Shown: piece by piece, positions 9,140-19,278 of the stretch
How the letters are laid out: every line of letters starts with the position of its first letter
Position numbering within the stretch: the stretch's first letter is position 1
From: Dehalococcoidia bacterium
GTDB taxonomy: Bacteria > Chloroflexota > Dehalococcoidia > Plut-88900
Assembly (NCBI GenBank): GCA_965197645.1
Contig: OZ240219.1
Location: 192,001-256,000, forward strand
Direction: 5' to 3'
DNA length: 64,000 nt
The notes under the pieces: model-generated
Told to the model about the DNA's origin: nothing
Seen by the model: only the letters and a program-made list of their open reading frames with translations
Databases searched by the model: none
Made by a program: the position numbers and the translations under genes

Positions 9140-10111
9140 TTAGCCCGCTTCCAGGAGCTCTTCCGCCATGGCTAGGGCTCCAAGCATGGAGACCTCGTCT
9201 CCCAGCCGGGTGACCTCGAGGCGCAGACCGTGGGCGTGAAGCGGAAATGCTCTCTCCCTGCAGACCTGAAAGGCCGGCTTTAGAATGTCGTCTCCGATCT
9301 GGGTTACTCCACCACCGAGGACGATGAGCTCCGGGTTGAAGATGTTGACGATGCCTGCCAGGCCGACACCCAGGTAGAACGCCGCTCCCTCCAGCACCTC
9401 GCTACCGACTTTATCGCCCCGGCGGGCGGCCTCGTGTACAGCCTTAGGGTCCAAGCGACCGAGATCATAGACCTGTCGCAGGGAGGTATCTTCGCCGGCC
9501 TCTACGCGGCGTTTGGCCTCGCACGTGATGGCCGTGCCCGAGGCCAGGGCCTCCCAGCAGCCGGAGGACCCGCAACCGCACCCGGGGCCATCGGGATCGA
9601 CGGTCATGTGTCCCACTTCGCCGGCGGCGCCGACCGCTCCACGGTAGACCTCCCCATCGGCCAGTATCCCCCCGCCTATACCCGTGCTAACGGTTATGTA
9701 AAGCATGTTCCGGGCATCCCGGCCGCACCCGAAGCGGTGCTCCGCCAGCACTCCGGCGTTGCAATCGTTGTCCACGACTGCCGGCACCGCCAGCTCCTCT
9801 TCGAGCAGGTCCCGGAAGGGTACGTCGATAAATTGGGTAAGATGGGGTGAGTTCCTGACCCGCCCTTGCTCGAAGTCCACGGGCCCCGGAGCCGTAGACC
9901 CTACGACTGCTATACTGGACCCGTCGACCTCGTCTAGAAGCTGGCGGGCATTACGTGATATGGTTTCCACCACGACCTGGGGACTCTCCTCGGACGGAGT
10001 GGGGACCTTTCTTTGGGCCAGAATTCTTTGGGGCGAGTGGGCCAGGGCCAGCCGCATCGACGTGCCGCCTATGTCCACCCCCAACATCACGGGGCGTTTC
10101 ACGGAGGTCAT
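9140..10111 (-). CDS. ROK-family sugar kinase (glucokinase-like)
   Basis: GVDIGGT, DNDCNA, STGIGGG, GEVGH, CGCGSSGCWE. Confidence 0.92.
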   Translation of the reverse strand: MTSVKRPVMLGVDIGGTSMRLALAHSPQRILAQRKVPTPSEESPQVVVETISRNARQLLDEVDGSSIAVVGSTAPGPVDFEQGRVRNSPHLTQFIDVPFRDLLEEELAVPAVVDNDCNAGVLAEHRFGCGRDARNMLYITVSTGIGGGILADGEVYRGAVGAAGEVGHMTVDPDGPGCGCGSSGCWEALASGTAITCEAKRRVEAGEDTSLRQVYDLGRLDPKAVHEAARRGDKVGSEVLEGAAFYLGVGLAGIVNIFNPELIVLGGGVTQIGDDILKPAFQVCRERAFPLHAHGLRLEVTRLGDEVSMLGALAMAEELLEAG

Positions 10112-10176
10112 ACGGCATTCTAGACAGTGAAGGGCAGACCGGACAAGACCATCCCGTGGCGAATACAGGAGACGGC

Positions 10177-10524
10177 ATGAGTTCTCACGTCATAAGGCTC
10201 GAGGAGTACAACAGTGGCATCAGTGACGATGACCTGGACGCAAACTTCAAGAGAGACGTGGAATTTTACACTCGCATTGATCCGCTGCCGACAATGGAGG
10301 GGATGAATCGCAGTCTGGGCATACCTATCGGAGCCATAGCCAGATACGTTCTGGTAAAGTGGGCTACGTCAGGGAGCGAAGGGGTAATGGAGATAGGCCC
10401 CAAAGTGGTCAAGCAGATGGGCGATATCGTGAGTACCGCCGAGCAAGAGGGGACCGATAAGAGCAGGCTAGAAGGCTACCGTAAGCTATCCGGAATCGTC
10501 TCATGGTTGAACGCGATACCCTAG
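10177..10524 (+). CDS. conserved hypothetical protein (DUF6027-like)
   Basis: AGGAG RBS; DD.DANFK.DV..Y...DPLPT...GAIARYVL.KWATSGSE motif recalled from that family. Confidence 0.65.
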   Translation: MSSHVIRLEEYNSGISDDDLDANFKRDVEFYTRIDPLPTMEGMNRSLGIPIGAIARYVLVKWATSGSEGVMEIGPKVVKQMGDIVSTAEQEGTDKSRLEGYRKLSGIVSWLNAIP

Positions 10525-11801
10525 ACGCATACACGCCCAAGCTCCGGGCCTTGGACCTCAGATGGGTGGTACAGGGCGGGCAGAGGTACGTTCATCTGAG
10601 GGACCCCCTGGGACTGAACGGCCAGGAGCTTATGGTGCCCGAGCTCCTGGTACCCTTCCTGGGTCTCTGCGACGGCACCCGCGACATCCCATCGCTGCGT
10701 ACGGCCTCCATGATTACCAATGGGTTCGCGCCATCATTGGAGGAGATAGAAGCCATCATTGGGCGATTGGATGATGCATTGCTCCTGGAAGGCCCCAGAT
10801 TCGAGGTGGCGAAGCGGCGGGTCCTGGATGAGTACAGGAGCGCCCCATTCCGGACACCGGCCCTCGCTGGACCGAGCTACCCGGACCGGCCCGCCGAGCT
10901 TGAAAGCACACTGGACGTTTACCTCGCCCAGGCTTCCGGGGGTACGGATAGCGGCCCGTGCGGCACCATCGTCGGCCTCATCAGTCCCCACATCGACTAT
11001 CACCGTGGCAACCGCGTCTATGCGCAGACCTGGGGCCCGATTGCTGATGCCGTACGAAACAGCAAGCTGGTCATAGTCCTCGGCACCGATCACTCGGGCG
11101 GATCCGGCAGTATCACACTGACAAGGCAAAACTACGCCACGCCGTGGGGCGCGCTCCCCACCCATTTCGGGATAGTTGACGACCTGATCCAGCGCTTGGG
11201 AGAATCGGACTCTCTACGCGAGGAGCTGCATCACGTAAAGGAGCACTCCATAGAGTTGGCATTGGTATGGCTTCATTACATGCTGGACCCGGAGCAGAGA
11301 TCGGGAAGTGACCTACCGGAGATAGTCCCCATACTGACCGGCCATATGTGGCCCTTCCTGAACGGAGAACAGGACCCCGCCGATGACGATAGGTACGGTC
11401 GATTGATCGATGGGCTGAAGGATGCCACCAAGGACAAGGACGCCCTGATAGTCGTGGCCGGCGACCTTGCCCACGTGGGGCCGGCCTTCGGGGACACCGT
11501 GCCGTGGGACGCCGACGCCAGCGCTCGGCTCCGGACGCAGGACCACGAGTCGTTGGAATCCATCGGGAACGGGGACGCCGACGGATTCTTCCAGGGGCTA
11601 AAGCATGAGCAGGACAGCCGCCGGGTCTGTGGAATGACACCCATCTATCTGGCCCTTCGCTTGCTGGGGCCGGAGGTCTCTGGGGAGGTTGTTGGATACG
11701 ACCAGTGCCCGGCGGACGCAGAAGGTGGGTCCCTGGTCTCGATAGCGGGTGTGATCTGGCGCCAACCAGATAGCAACTCGGCGGCCCAGCCGACGTTATA
11801 G
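10503..11801 (+). CDS. MEMO1 / AmmeMemoRadiSam protein B
   Basis: ISPHIDY, LGTDH, EHSIEL, GDLAHVG, CG..P motifs. Confidence 0.9.
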   Translation: MVERDTLDAYTPKLRALDLRWVVQGGQRYVHLRDPLGLNGQELMVPELLVPFLGLCDGTRDIPSLRTASMITNGFAPSLEEIEAIIGRLDDALLLEGPRFEVAKRRVLDEYRSAPFRTPALAGPSYPDRPAELESTLDVYLAQASGGTDSGPCGTIVGLISPHIDYHRGNRVYAQTWGPIADAVRNSKLVIVLGTDHSGGSGSITLTRQNYATPWGALPTHFGIVDDLIQRLGESDSLREELHHVKEHSIELALVWLHYMLDPEQRSGSDLPEIVPILTGHMWPFLNGEQDPADDDRYGRLIDGLKDATKDKDALIVVAGDLAHVGPAFGDTVPWDADASARLRTQDHESLESIGNGDADGFFQGLKHEQDSRRVCGMTPIYLALRLLGPEVSGEVVGYDQCPADAEGGSLVSIAGVIWRQPDSNSAAQPTL

Positions 11802-11843
11802 ATAGGAAGCAATTAAACGGCGAGTAGACTCAGATTGGGTTAG

Positions 11844-13145
11844 ATGCAAATGATCAAACACTTGAACGATAGATTTTGGCACCGCTTTGGGCGGTTTCGG
11901 TTGTGGCTTCCGGCGGCTGCACTTCTAACGGTCCTGCTTGTGGTGGCCGCATGTGGACAGAGTTCTACGCCCACGGCCACCCCAACGCCGACCTCGATGG
12001 CCGAATCCACCCCGGCGTCGGAGCCCACCGCCGACTCGACACCGGAGGCCGAACCCACCGCCGAGCCGACGGAACAGGCCGTCCTCCCCACTCCCCGCCC
12101 CGATGAAGCAGGACGGGTGGGGACTGTAGCACCGGAGATTAGGGGAATAACGAGCTGGCTGAACTCGGAGCCGCTGACCCTCGCCGGCCTCAGAGGCCAG
12201 GTTGTACTGGTGGATTTCTGGACCTACACCTGCGTCAACTGCATTCGCACCTTGCCTTACCTGAGGGACTGGCACGCCAAGTACAGCGATAACGGCCTCG
12301 TAATCCTCGGCATTCACACTCCCGAGTTCGAGTTCGAGAAGGTGCAGGAAAACGTGGCACGGGCGATAGAGACCCACGAGCTCGGTTGGGCGGTAGCCCA
12401 GGACAACGATTTCCTTACCTGGAGGGCCTTTAACAACCGGTTCTGGCCCGCCAAGTACCTCATAGACGGCGAGGGGTACATAAGATATCGCCACTTCGGT
12501 GAGGGGAAGTACGACGAAACGGAACAGGAGATCAGAAAGCTGCTGGAAGACGCGGGCTACGACGTATCGAACATCCAGCTCAACCCCGATGAGGGGCAGC
12601 GGGTGGACCCCCAAGCGCGGTCGGGCACGGCTACGGGTCAGACCCGGGAACTGTACGCCGGTACGGAGAGAAACCGATATGCCGATATACCTTACATCGG
12701 CAACGAGGAGTACTACGGCATACCGCTTAATTCCGTCCAAGCCTACCAGGACCCGATAGCGCACATAAACCACTTGCTCTACCTTCAAGGCGAGTGGATC
12801 AACGGCCCGGAGAGTCTGCAACACGCCCGAACAACGGAGAACTTGGAGGACTACATAGCCCTGAAATTCTTCGGCACGAGCGTCAACGTGGTGATAGACG
12901 CGGAAGGGGCGGACCCCTTCGACGTGGTGATCACCATCGCGGACGAACCGGTGCCCCAGCACTACCAAGGGTCTGATATCATTGTGGACGAGGATGGAAC
13001 AACGGCCATTAGAGTCGACGAACCGAGGATGTACAATCTGGTGCAGCTGCCCGAATACGGCGGCCACGAGCTAAAGCTACTGTCCAACTCGGAGCATTTC
13101 AGCGTGTTTGCATTCACCTTCGGTTCCTACTCCGTAGGGCCATAG
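11844..13145 (+). CDS. DipZ-like redoxin lipoprotein (thioredoxin fold plus C-terminal beta domain)
   Basis: lipobox VAACG, Pro/Thr linker, DFWTYTCVNC, HTPEF, N.FWPA.Y, FTFG terminus. Confidence 0.88.
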   Translation: MQMIKHLNDRFWHRFGRFRLWLPAAALLTVLLVVAACGQSSTPTATPTPTSMAESTPASEPTADSTPEAEPTAEPTEQAVLPTPRPDEAGRVGTVAPEIRGITSWLNSEPLTLAGLRGQVVLVDFWTYTCVNCIRTLPYLRDWHAKYSDNGLVILGIHTPEFEFEKVQENVARAIETHELGWAVAQDNDFLTWRAFNNRFWPAKYLIDGEGYIRYRHFGEGKYDETEQEIRKLLEDAGYDVSNIQLNPDEGQRVDPQARSGTATGQTRELYAGTERNRYADIPYIGNEEYYGIPLNSVQAYQDPIAHINHLLYLQGEWINGPESLQHARTTENLEDYIALKFFGTSVNVVIDAEGADPFDVVITIADEPVPQHYQGSDIIVDEDGTTAIRVDEPRMYNLVQLPEYGGHELKLLSNSEHFSVFAFTFGSYSVGP

Positions 13146-13151
13146 ACAGAA

Positions 13152-14099
13152 GTGGTTTATTCCAAGGGAAAAGTCTCCGCGATAGCCGCCTCGTTGCTGG
13201 CGGCTCTACTGCTGTTTCAAGCCTGTGGAGGCGGCGGTGCTGAACCGTCGTCCCCCGCACCCCAGGTCACCGAAACACCCTCGCCGACGCCCGCGCCCGC
13301 AGCTCACGTACCGGAGATAGAGGGGCTCTTGGCAACGACCGATCTGGGTCTCGGCGTCAACAGGATCGCCTTTCTCCTGCAATCGGACCAGGGATTGATC
13401 ACCCTGCCCCAGGTAAAAGTTGCCTCAGTCTACGGCTCGGAGAGCGAGGCTTCAGAATCGCAGGCCGCCCGGTTTCACATCTGGCCCTTCGGCACACGGG
13501 GGAACTACGTAGCGGATTTCAACTTCGATAAACCGGGCGACTGGACCCTGGAAGTTTCCTTTACCAACTTCGATGGCGTGGACATGATGGCTGCCATTCC
13601 CATCCAGGTAAGCGAGACGACCGTCGTCCCGGCCGTGGGAGACGAGCCGCCGGCAGCGCTGAACAGGACTATCGACGACGTGGAAAGCATCGAGCAGATC
13701 ACGGGGTGGCCTAGACCCGACCCCGAGCTCTACCAGCTCACCATCCCCGAAGCCGTGGCCAGCGGCCTGCCATCGGTATTCGTGTTCTCCAGCCCTGGAT
13801 TCTGCACCAGCCCCACCTGCGGCCCCCAGGCCGATACGGTCAAAGAGCTGAAGGACCAGTACAGGGAACAGGCCAACTTCATACACGTCGAGATCTACTC
13901 CAACCCCATCGAAATCCAGCAGGACCTGACCTTGGGCCGGTATCATCCGGTCATCGAGGCCTGGAGTTTTCCGGATATCCAGGGCTACCTGAACGAGTCC
14001 TGGGTCTTCATCGTCGATAGCTCGGGGCTAATTGCCTCCAGGTACCAGGGCTTCGCATCTTACGAGGAGCTGGAGCAGGGCCTGCTGAAGGTGCTGTAG
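13152..14099 (+). CDS. thioredoxin-like lipoprotein (CxxxxC)
   Basis: lipobox FQACG, FSSPGFCTSPTCGP, FIHVEIY, E.W.FIVD. Confidence 0.75.
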   Translation: MVYSKGKVSAIAASLLAALLLFQACGGGGAEPSSPAPQVTETPSPTPAPAAHVPEIEGLLATTDLGLGVNRIAFLLQSDQGLITLPQVKVASVYGSESEASESQAARFHIWPFGTRGNYVADFNFDKPGDWTLEVSFTNFDGVDMMAAIPIQVSETTVVPAVGDEPPAALNRTIDDVESIEQITGWPRPDPELYQLTIPEAVASGLPSVFVFSSPGFCTSPTCGPQADTVKELKDQYREQANFIHVEIYSNPIEIQQDLTLGRYHPVIEAWSFPDIQGYLNESWVFIVDSSGLIASRYQGFASYEELEQGLLKVL

Positions 14100-14108
14100 A
14101 GAAGCCCG

Positions 14109-16703
14109 CTACCCCCTGGCGTCGAACCACCGGGCCAACTCGTCCCGGTTTGCTTCCAGCCACCTGGCATTTAGCCTTATCTTCTCCAACGACTGTTGGA
14201 CCGTTCTCTGAGCGGCCGGGGCCGGATGCTCACGGAAGAACTCCTCCACCTCTGTGGCCCGTTCCGCGGTCGTGAAGTCCTGAGTGGTGGAAACCAGACG
14301 CATAATCATGAAGCCGCCCTTGCCGTAACGCCGGTCCAACTCCGACCAGTGCTCCTTGATGAACTGCCAGGCCATGTCCCTTCCATGCCGGTTGGCCGCG
14401 GTGGCCACCATCGCCAACACGGAGTCTTGGGCCCGTACCTCATCGGTCATGGACCGCTCGAGAGTTTCCTGCAGCAACGACTGGTCCTTGGGACCGGTCA
14501 ACGCTGCCAGAAAACGCATCTTCTCCTCGTGCAGCGTGGCATTGTCATGGAGGTCCCAGAGAGTATCGTAGGTGGTACGATCGGCCTGGGATGCCACCAG
14601 CCGGAACACAATCCCCCTGAGGTCCGGGGCCAGCGACGCAGGATGTTCCAGATATCTATCGAACCGGGAGTTGGCTTCCGACAGTGTGTCGCTGTCCTCA
14701 TAGGAACCCATGCGGCCCAGCACCGTGCTCCTCAACAGGGCGTCCAGATGTCCTTCTCCGGCTTTTGGTTCCCATCCCATCCTATCGACCACAGGGCGAT
14801 ACAGCTCCCGCCCGAACTGGTGCAGCTTGGGCAGGGAGGGTTCGTCGGCCAGCAGGGTTCCCAGGGAGCGAAGGTTGGTGGAAAGATCGCTCCACACGGT
14901 TGCATCCGTCTCCTGGCTGTAGGCCTCGGCCAGCGCTAGGTAGACGGTCGCCGGTAGGAATCCGGCCTGCGCCAAGGCCCAGGCGTCACCCTGCAGGCCG
15001 AGGCGATCGGTGGCGGGCAGGGCCCCGCCCTCGACGGCTCTTCGAAGTCGTTGCCAGTCTTCCTTGGCATAGTTGACGCGGAAGAAGGCCGCCTGTCCGG
15101 CATTGACCTTGACCCACTCACCGGCAGCGCCAGCATCGATGGTCCTGGCGGACGTACGCTCGGTCATCAGGTGGGAATCTATCTCCGGTCCGGCCGCGCC
15201 TCTGATCCGTACCGGAGCATGCCAGAGGGTGGGGTCGTCTGTGGCGCCGGCCAAGTGTTCATACAGGAACCTGTTCTGAGTCAACTTCAGCTCGACCTGG
15301 GACCCGGAGCGTTCGGTCTCCACATCGATCACGGGGAAACCGGTCTGCTTGACCCACGAGTCCATAAGGGCCGTCACCGGCTGTCCCGATTCCTCGCTCA
15401 GAGCGTCCCACAGGTCTTTCGTCTTGGCGTTCTGGTAGGCGTGCGCGGAGAGATACCTGCGCAGGCCGCTGCGGAAGGTCTCCTCCCCCAGGTACTGCTC
15501 GATCATCCACAGGATGGAAGCGCCCTTGGCGTAGCTGATGGCATCGAAGAGCTCTCTGATCTCCGCGGGGTCCTTTACGTTAGCCTCGATGGGATGGGAG
15601 TTTCGGAGGGCGTCCAGCTCCATGCCGGAGTTGGTATCCTGGAAGAGGAACTGGGTCCACATGTTCCACTCGGGGTACAGGCTGTCCACCGCCTTGTTGC
15701 CTATCCAGGAGGCGAAACTCTCGTTGAGCCACAGATCGTCCCACCACTCCATAGTCACCAGGTCGCCGAACCACATGTGGGCCGTCTCATGAGCGATGAT
15801 TTCGGCGATTCGTTGCCGGGTGTTGGCGGCGGAGTTCTCGGGATCGAACAGGAGGGCGGTCTCCCGATAGGTTATCGCCCCCCAGTTCTCCATGGCGCCG
15901 GCGGCAAAGTCCGGTATTGCCAGATGGTCCAGCTTCTTCAGCGGGAAGGGGATGCCGAAGTAGTCGTTGAAGTAGGTGAGGATGCGGATGGCATCTTCGA
16001 GGGCGCTTCGGCCCAGCTCCTCCTTGCCCCTGGTGGCCCAGACCCGCACCAGGGTGCCGTCGGGTGCGGACCGCTCCACCGAGGCCAGATCGCCGACAAT
16101 GAAGGCCAGAAGGTATGTCGACATGACGGGCGTCTCGGCAAAGTGGACTGCCCTGTAGCCGTCGTCCTGGTCCGTCTCGCTAACGATGACGGTGTTGGAC
16201 ACGGCAACCGTGCCCTCGGGTATCACCAGGGTAACCTCAAAGGAGGCTTTGAAAGCCGGTTCATCCCAGCAGGGCAACGCCCGGCGAGCGTCCGTCGCCT
16301 CGAACTGGGTGGTGGCCAGATACCTCTCTTCCCCATCGACGTCGACGTAGCGGCTGCGGTAGAAGCCCCGTAGCTCGTCATTCAGCGTCCCTGTGAACTC
16401 CAGGGCAAGAGAGGCTTCCCCTGCCGGAAGTTCGGTATCGAAGGTGAAGGTGGCCCGCTCAGTGGACTCGTCGATTTGGATCTCCTGGGCCGTCAGATCG
16501 GTCCCGTCGGGCAGCGTCACCTTCGCCGAGGAGATATCCAGGGCCTCGGCGTTGAGGGTGATGGAGGATGTGGGCTCTGCGACCTCGAGCTCCACGGCCT
16601 CGCTCCCCTGGAATGTGAATGCCTCCAGGTCTGGTTTCAGGGTGAGGTTGTACTTCTTCGGTCGAACGTTGGTGGGTAATCGATAGGCGTTCTCTGCGAC
16701 CAT
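14109..16703 (-). CDS. pepN: M1 family aminopeptidase (puromycin-sensitive/PepN type)
   Basis: GAMENWG, HETAHMWFG..18..E, ERAP1-like C terminus; start at MVAENAY after GGGAGA. Confidence 0.93.
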   Translation of the reverse strand: MVAENAYRLPTNVRPKKYNLTLKPDLEAFTFQGSEAVELEVAEPTSSITLNAEALDISSAKVTLPDGTDLTAQEIQIDESTERATFTFDTELPAGEASLALEFTGTLNDELRGFYRSRYVDVDGEERYLATTQFEATDARRALPCWDEPAFKASFEVTLVIPEGTVAVSNTVIVSETDQDDGYRAVHFAETPVMSTYLLAFIVGDLASVERSAPDGTLVRVWATRGKEELGRSALEDAIRILTYFNDYFGIPFPLKKLDHLAIPDFAAGAMENWGAITYRETALLFDPENSAANTRQRIAEIIAHETAHMWFGDLVTMEWWDDLWLNESFASWIGNKAVDSLYPEWNMWTQFLFQDTNSGMELDALRNSHPIEANVKDPAEIRELFDAISYAKGASILWMIEQYLGEETFRSGLRRYLSAHAYQNAKTKDLWDALSEESGQPVTALMDSWVKQTGFPVIDVETERSGSQVELKLTQNRFLYEHLAGATDDPTLWHAPVRIRGAAGPEIDSHLMTERTSARTIDAGAAGEWVKVNAGQAAFFRVNYAKEDWQRLRRAVEGGALPATDRLGLQGDAWALAQAGFLPATVYLALAEAYSQETDATVWSDLSTNLRSLGTLLADEPSLPKLHQFGRELYRPVVDRMGWEPKAGEGHLDALLRSTVLGRMGSYEDSDTLSEANSRFDRYLEHPASLAPDLRGIVFRLVASQADRTTYDTLWDLHDNATLHEEKMRFLAALTGPKDQSLLQETLERSMTDEVRAQDSVLAMVATAANRHGRDMAWQFIKEHWSELDRRYGKGGFMIMRLVSTTQDFTTAERATEVEEFFREHPAPAAQRTVQQSLEKIRLNARWLEANRDELARWFDARG

Positions 16704-16800
16704 GCTATGTCTCCCGGTTAAGAGTATCGGTCCACGTAATTGGCTGTTAGCATTGATGAGCGAGAGCAAGATACCACATTTCGAGTTGATTATCGTCCGA

Positions 16801-16830
16801 TTGACAGGCAGCCTGGGCGGCGGCTAGGAT
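16801..16830 (+). promoter_or_regulatory. sigma70-type promoter
   Basis: TTGACA-N18-TAGGAT in the divergent intergenic region. Confidence 0.5.
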
Positions 16831-16913
16831 ACCGAAGTCTTCACATCGATGTTCCATTGACCCTGTTTGGGGACTAAAACAGATCGATAGCAATAGCTAG
16901 GGAATAAGAGGGA

Positions 16914-17675
16914 ATGAGCAAGCTAATACAAAAGCTGGAACAGGCGATAAATCCACCGCCGAGACCGTTGGGTTTTGCCGCCTCTCGAGACGAAACCAAA
17001 GCGCCGTCCATGGTAACGATAGTCCGGAGCGACGCGGCCAACTCAAAACTGGCCGAAGGCGAATCAGACGCCTTCGATTCGGCAATGTTCTCTCTGGGCA
17101 ACGGTGAAGCAGACGGCCTGTCCAAACTCAAGGACGAGGTGGTGTGGGGACTGCAGCCCAGCAAAGTAGACCCGGCCGAGATGGAGTCCCTCAAGGAGGC
17201 CGGTTGCGACTATCTGGTCTTCGGCATCGAGGACACGCCCGGAGCAGTGTTCAACGAGGAGGGGATCGGCAAGGTATTGGCCGTAGAAACGACCCTCGAG
17301 GAACAGTACATGAGGGTATTGGAGGACACTCCTGCCGACGCCATCTTCATAACATCCGAACCCGAAGCAGAGGTCACCGTCAAGGGGCTGATGGCTTACA
17401 GATCGGTGATCGCGTACGTTACCAAGACGGTACTGGTTAGGGCCTCTCTGGACACGTCGGAGTCGGACCTGAAAGCGCTGCAGAATCTGGGTATCGCTGG
17501 GCTGGTGCTGGAGGTCCAGAGTGCGGCCGACGTAAAGAAGGCGTCCAAGTTGAAGGAGGCCATCGCCGCGCTGCCTCCCCGCCAGCCCGATGACAGAGAG
17601 GCGCCCAACACCATCATCTCTCGTACCACCCTCAGCCAACCTCCCTCCGAACCGATCCCCGACGAGGACGAGTAG
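16914..17675 (+). CDS. conserved hypothetical protein (Dehalococcoidia-type, probable TIM-barrel-like)
   Basis: MSKL..KL......P.PLGF start, AGCDYLVF, acidic tail; strong coding bias. Confidence 0.7.
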   Translation: MSKLIQKLEQAINPPPRPLGFAASRDETKAPSMVTIVRSDAANSKLAEGESDAFDSAMFSLGNGEADGLSKLKDEVVWGLQPSKVDPAEMESLKEAGCDYLVFGIEDTPGAVFNEEGIGKVLAVETTLEEQYMRVLEDTPADAIFITSEPEAEVTVKGLMAYRSVIAYVTKTVLVRASLDTSESDLKALQNLGIAGLVLEVQSAADVKKASKLKEAIAALPPRQPDDREAPNTIISRTTLSQPPSEPIPDEDE

Positions 17676-17687
17676 CCGCCCGCCTCC

Positions 17688-17847
17688 GGAAGGCTGACAA
17701 ATAACGGGGTGTGCAGAGGGGCGAAGCCTCTATTCTGGAACTAGCTGCTGGAGGCCGGGAGCCTGAGGGTGTCCCTCAGAAACTATAACTGTTCCTTCTT
17801 CCTTCCGGGCTAGGGGGATGTCGTAAGGGTTCTCCGACACCCGGCTA
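17688..17847 (+). repeat. MITE-like hairpin repeat, copy A
   Basis: GGGGTGTGCAGAGGGGCGAAGC...GGAGGCCGGGAGCCTGAGGGTGTCCCTCAGAAA...AGGGGGATG shared with 30351-30684 and 60074-60250. Confidence 0.8.
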
Positions 17848-19143
17848 GGCCAGCCGGCGTACCTGGGGCCGGAACAGGGCTACCGCTACTGTGCTTAGTA
17901 TGAGCATGCCGCCCGCCATGCTGACCGCTCCCGGCGCACCCAGGGCATCGGCGATGGCGCCTGCGGGCAGCACGCCAAGGGGCATCATTCCCCAGCTCAT
18001 CATGTAGATGCTCATCACCCGGCCCCTCATCCGGGCCTGGGTGTTGGCCAGGATCAGGGTGTTGTTCAGGGCCATGTAGCCCTGGCTTCCCATACCCACC
18101 ACGGTCAGGGCCGCCAGGGAAAGATAAAGTGTGGTGGATAGAGCGAACAGGTTGAGCGCCACGCCGAAGATAAGCAGCAGGACCAGCATCAGCAGCCCCT
18201 TCCGCCGGAAGTTGCCGAAGGAGGCGATACCAAGGGTGCCCGCCAGCGCCCCTACCCCGATGGCGCCCATCAAGAACCCGAGGCCCCGCGGTCCGGTGTC
18301 CAGAACGTCCCTGGCGAAGACCGGCAACAGCGGTTGATACGACATGGCGAAGACCACCGGTACGATGGCCAAGGTGAGCAGCCCCGATACCTGGGGACTG
18401 TTGCGCACGTAGCTGAGGCCTTCCTTGAGATCCCCGAACAGGGTCCTGCCTCCGCTGTCCCCGGTCCGTTTCTCCACCTGGACAAAAAACATGGACAGGA
18501 CGACAAAGGCGTAGCATCCCACGATGATGAAGTAGACCCCCTCCACGCCGAGAATCCCGACCAGGACACCTCCCACCGCCGGAGCCACCACCCGGTTCAT
18601 GTTCATTCCCGCTGCAGTCAGCGCGATGGCATTGGGCAGGTGCTCGGGGCTCACCAGCTCGGAGACGAGGCTCTGACGGCTGGGCATGTTGAAGGTGAAG
18701 ATGGTCCCGATGAGAAACGCGGCCACGAAGACGTGCCACATTTGGACCCGCTCGGTCAGTATCAGGATCGCCATTCCAAGACTGATCAGGCCTATCAACC
18801 CCTGGGTTACGGCCAGCACCTTTCGTTTATCCACCCTGTCGGACATGACGCCGCCGAACAGGGAGAACAGCAGGATGGGGAGACCGTGGCAGGAGTAGAC
18901 CAGGCCCAGGTGCAGAGCGGAGCCGTTCAGGTTATCAACCACCAGCCAACCTCTGGCCAGTAACTGCATCTGCATCCCGGCGAAGGAGAACAGCATCCCC
19001 AGCCAGAACCACCTGAACTTCGGCTCGCTCAGGGACTCGAATGTGTGAATCTTGGAACGGAGACGGCGGCTTCTTGCGGCGGTGGAAGAAGCTGTGGATC
19101 GGTCAGGATCGATGGTCTCTTTGACGCTGAGCGGCTTACTCAA
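17845..19143 (-). CDS. MFS transporter
   Basis: about 12 TM; GGVMSDRVDKRK motif A; MRGRVMS. Confidence 0.92.
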   Translation of the reverse strand: MSKPLSVKETIDPDRSTASSTAARSRRLRSKIHTFESLSEPKFRWFWLGMLFSFAGMQMQLLARGWLVVDNLNGSALHLGLVYSCHGLPILLFSLFGGVMSDRVDKRKVLAVTQGLIGLISLGMAILILTERVQMWHVFVAAFLIGTIFTFNMPSRQSLVSELVSPEHLPNAIALTAAGMNMNRVVAPAVGGVLVGILGVEGVYFIIVGCYAFVVLSMFFVQVEKRTGDSGGRTLFGDLKEGLSYVRNSPQVSGLLTLAIVPVVFAMSYQPLLPVFARDVLDTGPRGLGFLMGAIGVGALAGTLGIASFGNFRRKGLLMLVLLLIFGVALNLFALSTTLYLSLAALTVVGMGSQGYMALNNTLILANTQARMRGRVMSIYMMSWGMMPLGVLPAGAIADALGAPGAVSMAGGMLILSTVAVALFRPQVRRLA

Positions 19144-19278
19144 GCGTCAGACCATGTGGCAACTGTCCTTCCGACATGATTTCAAGCCTATGCCTATTGA
19201 CCGCCGCCGTCAAACAGTGCCAAGCTACCGGTGTGCTATAATCGGTTGCATCCACACGCAGCGTCGCTTGAGTAGAAA

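Noticed and set aside
15051-16373. Long antisense ORFs (here and e.g. 4144-5154, 27939-29177, 58370-59782)
   Set aside because: Shadow frames of well-supported genes, expected at high GC
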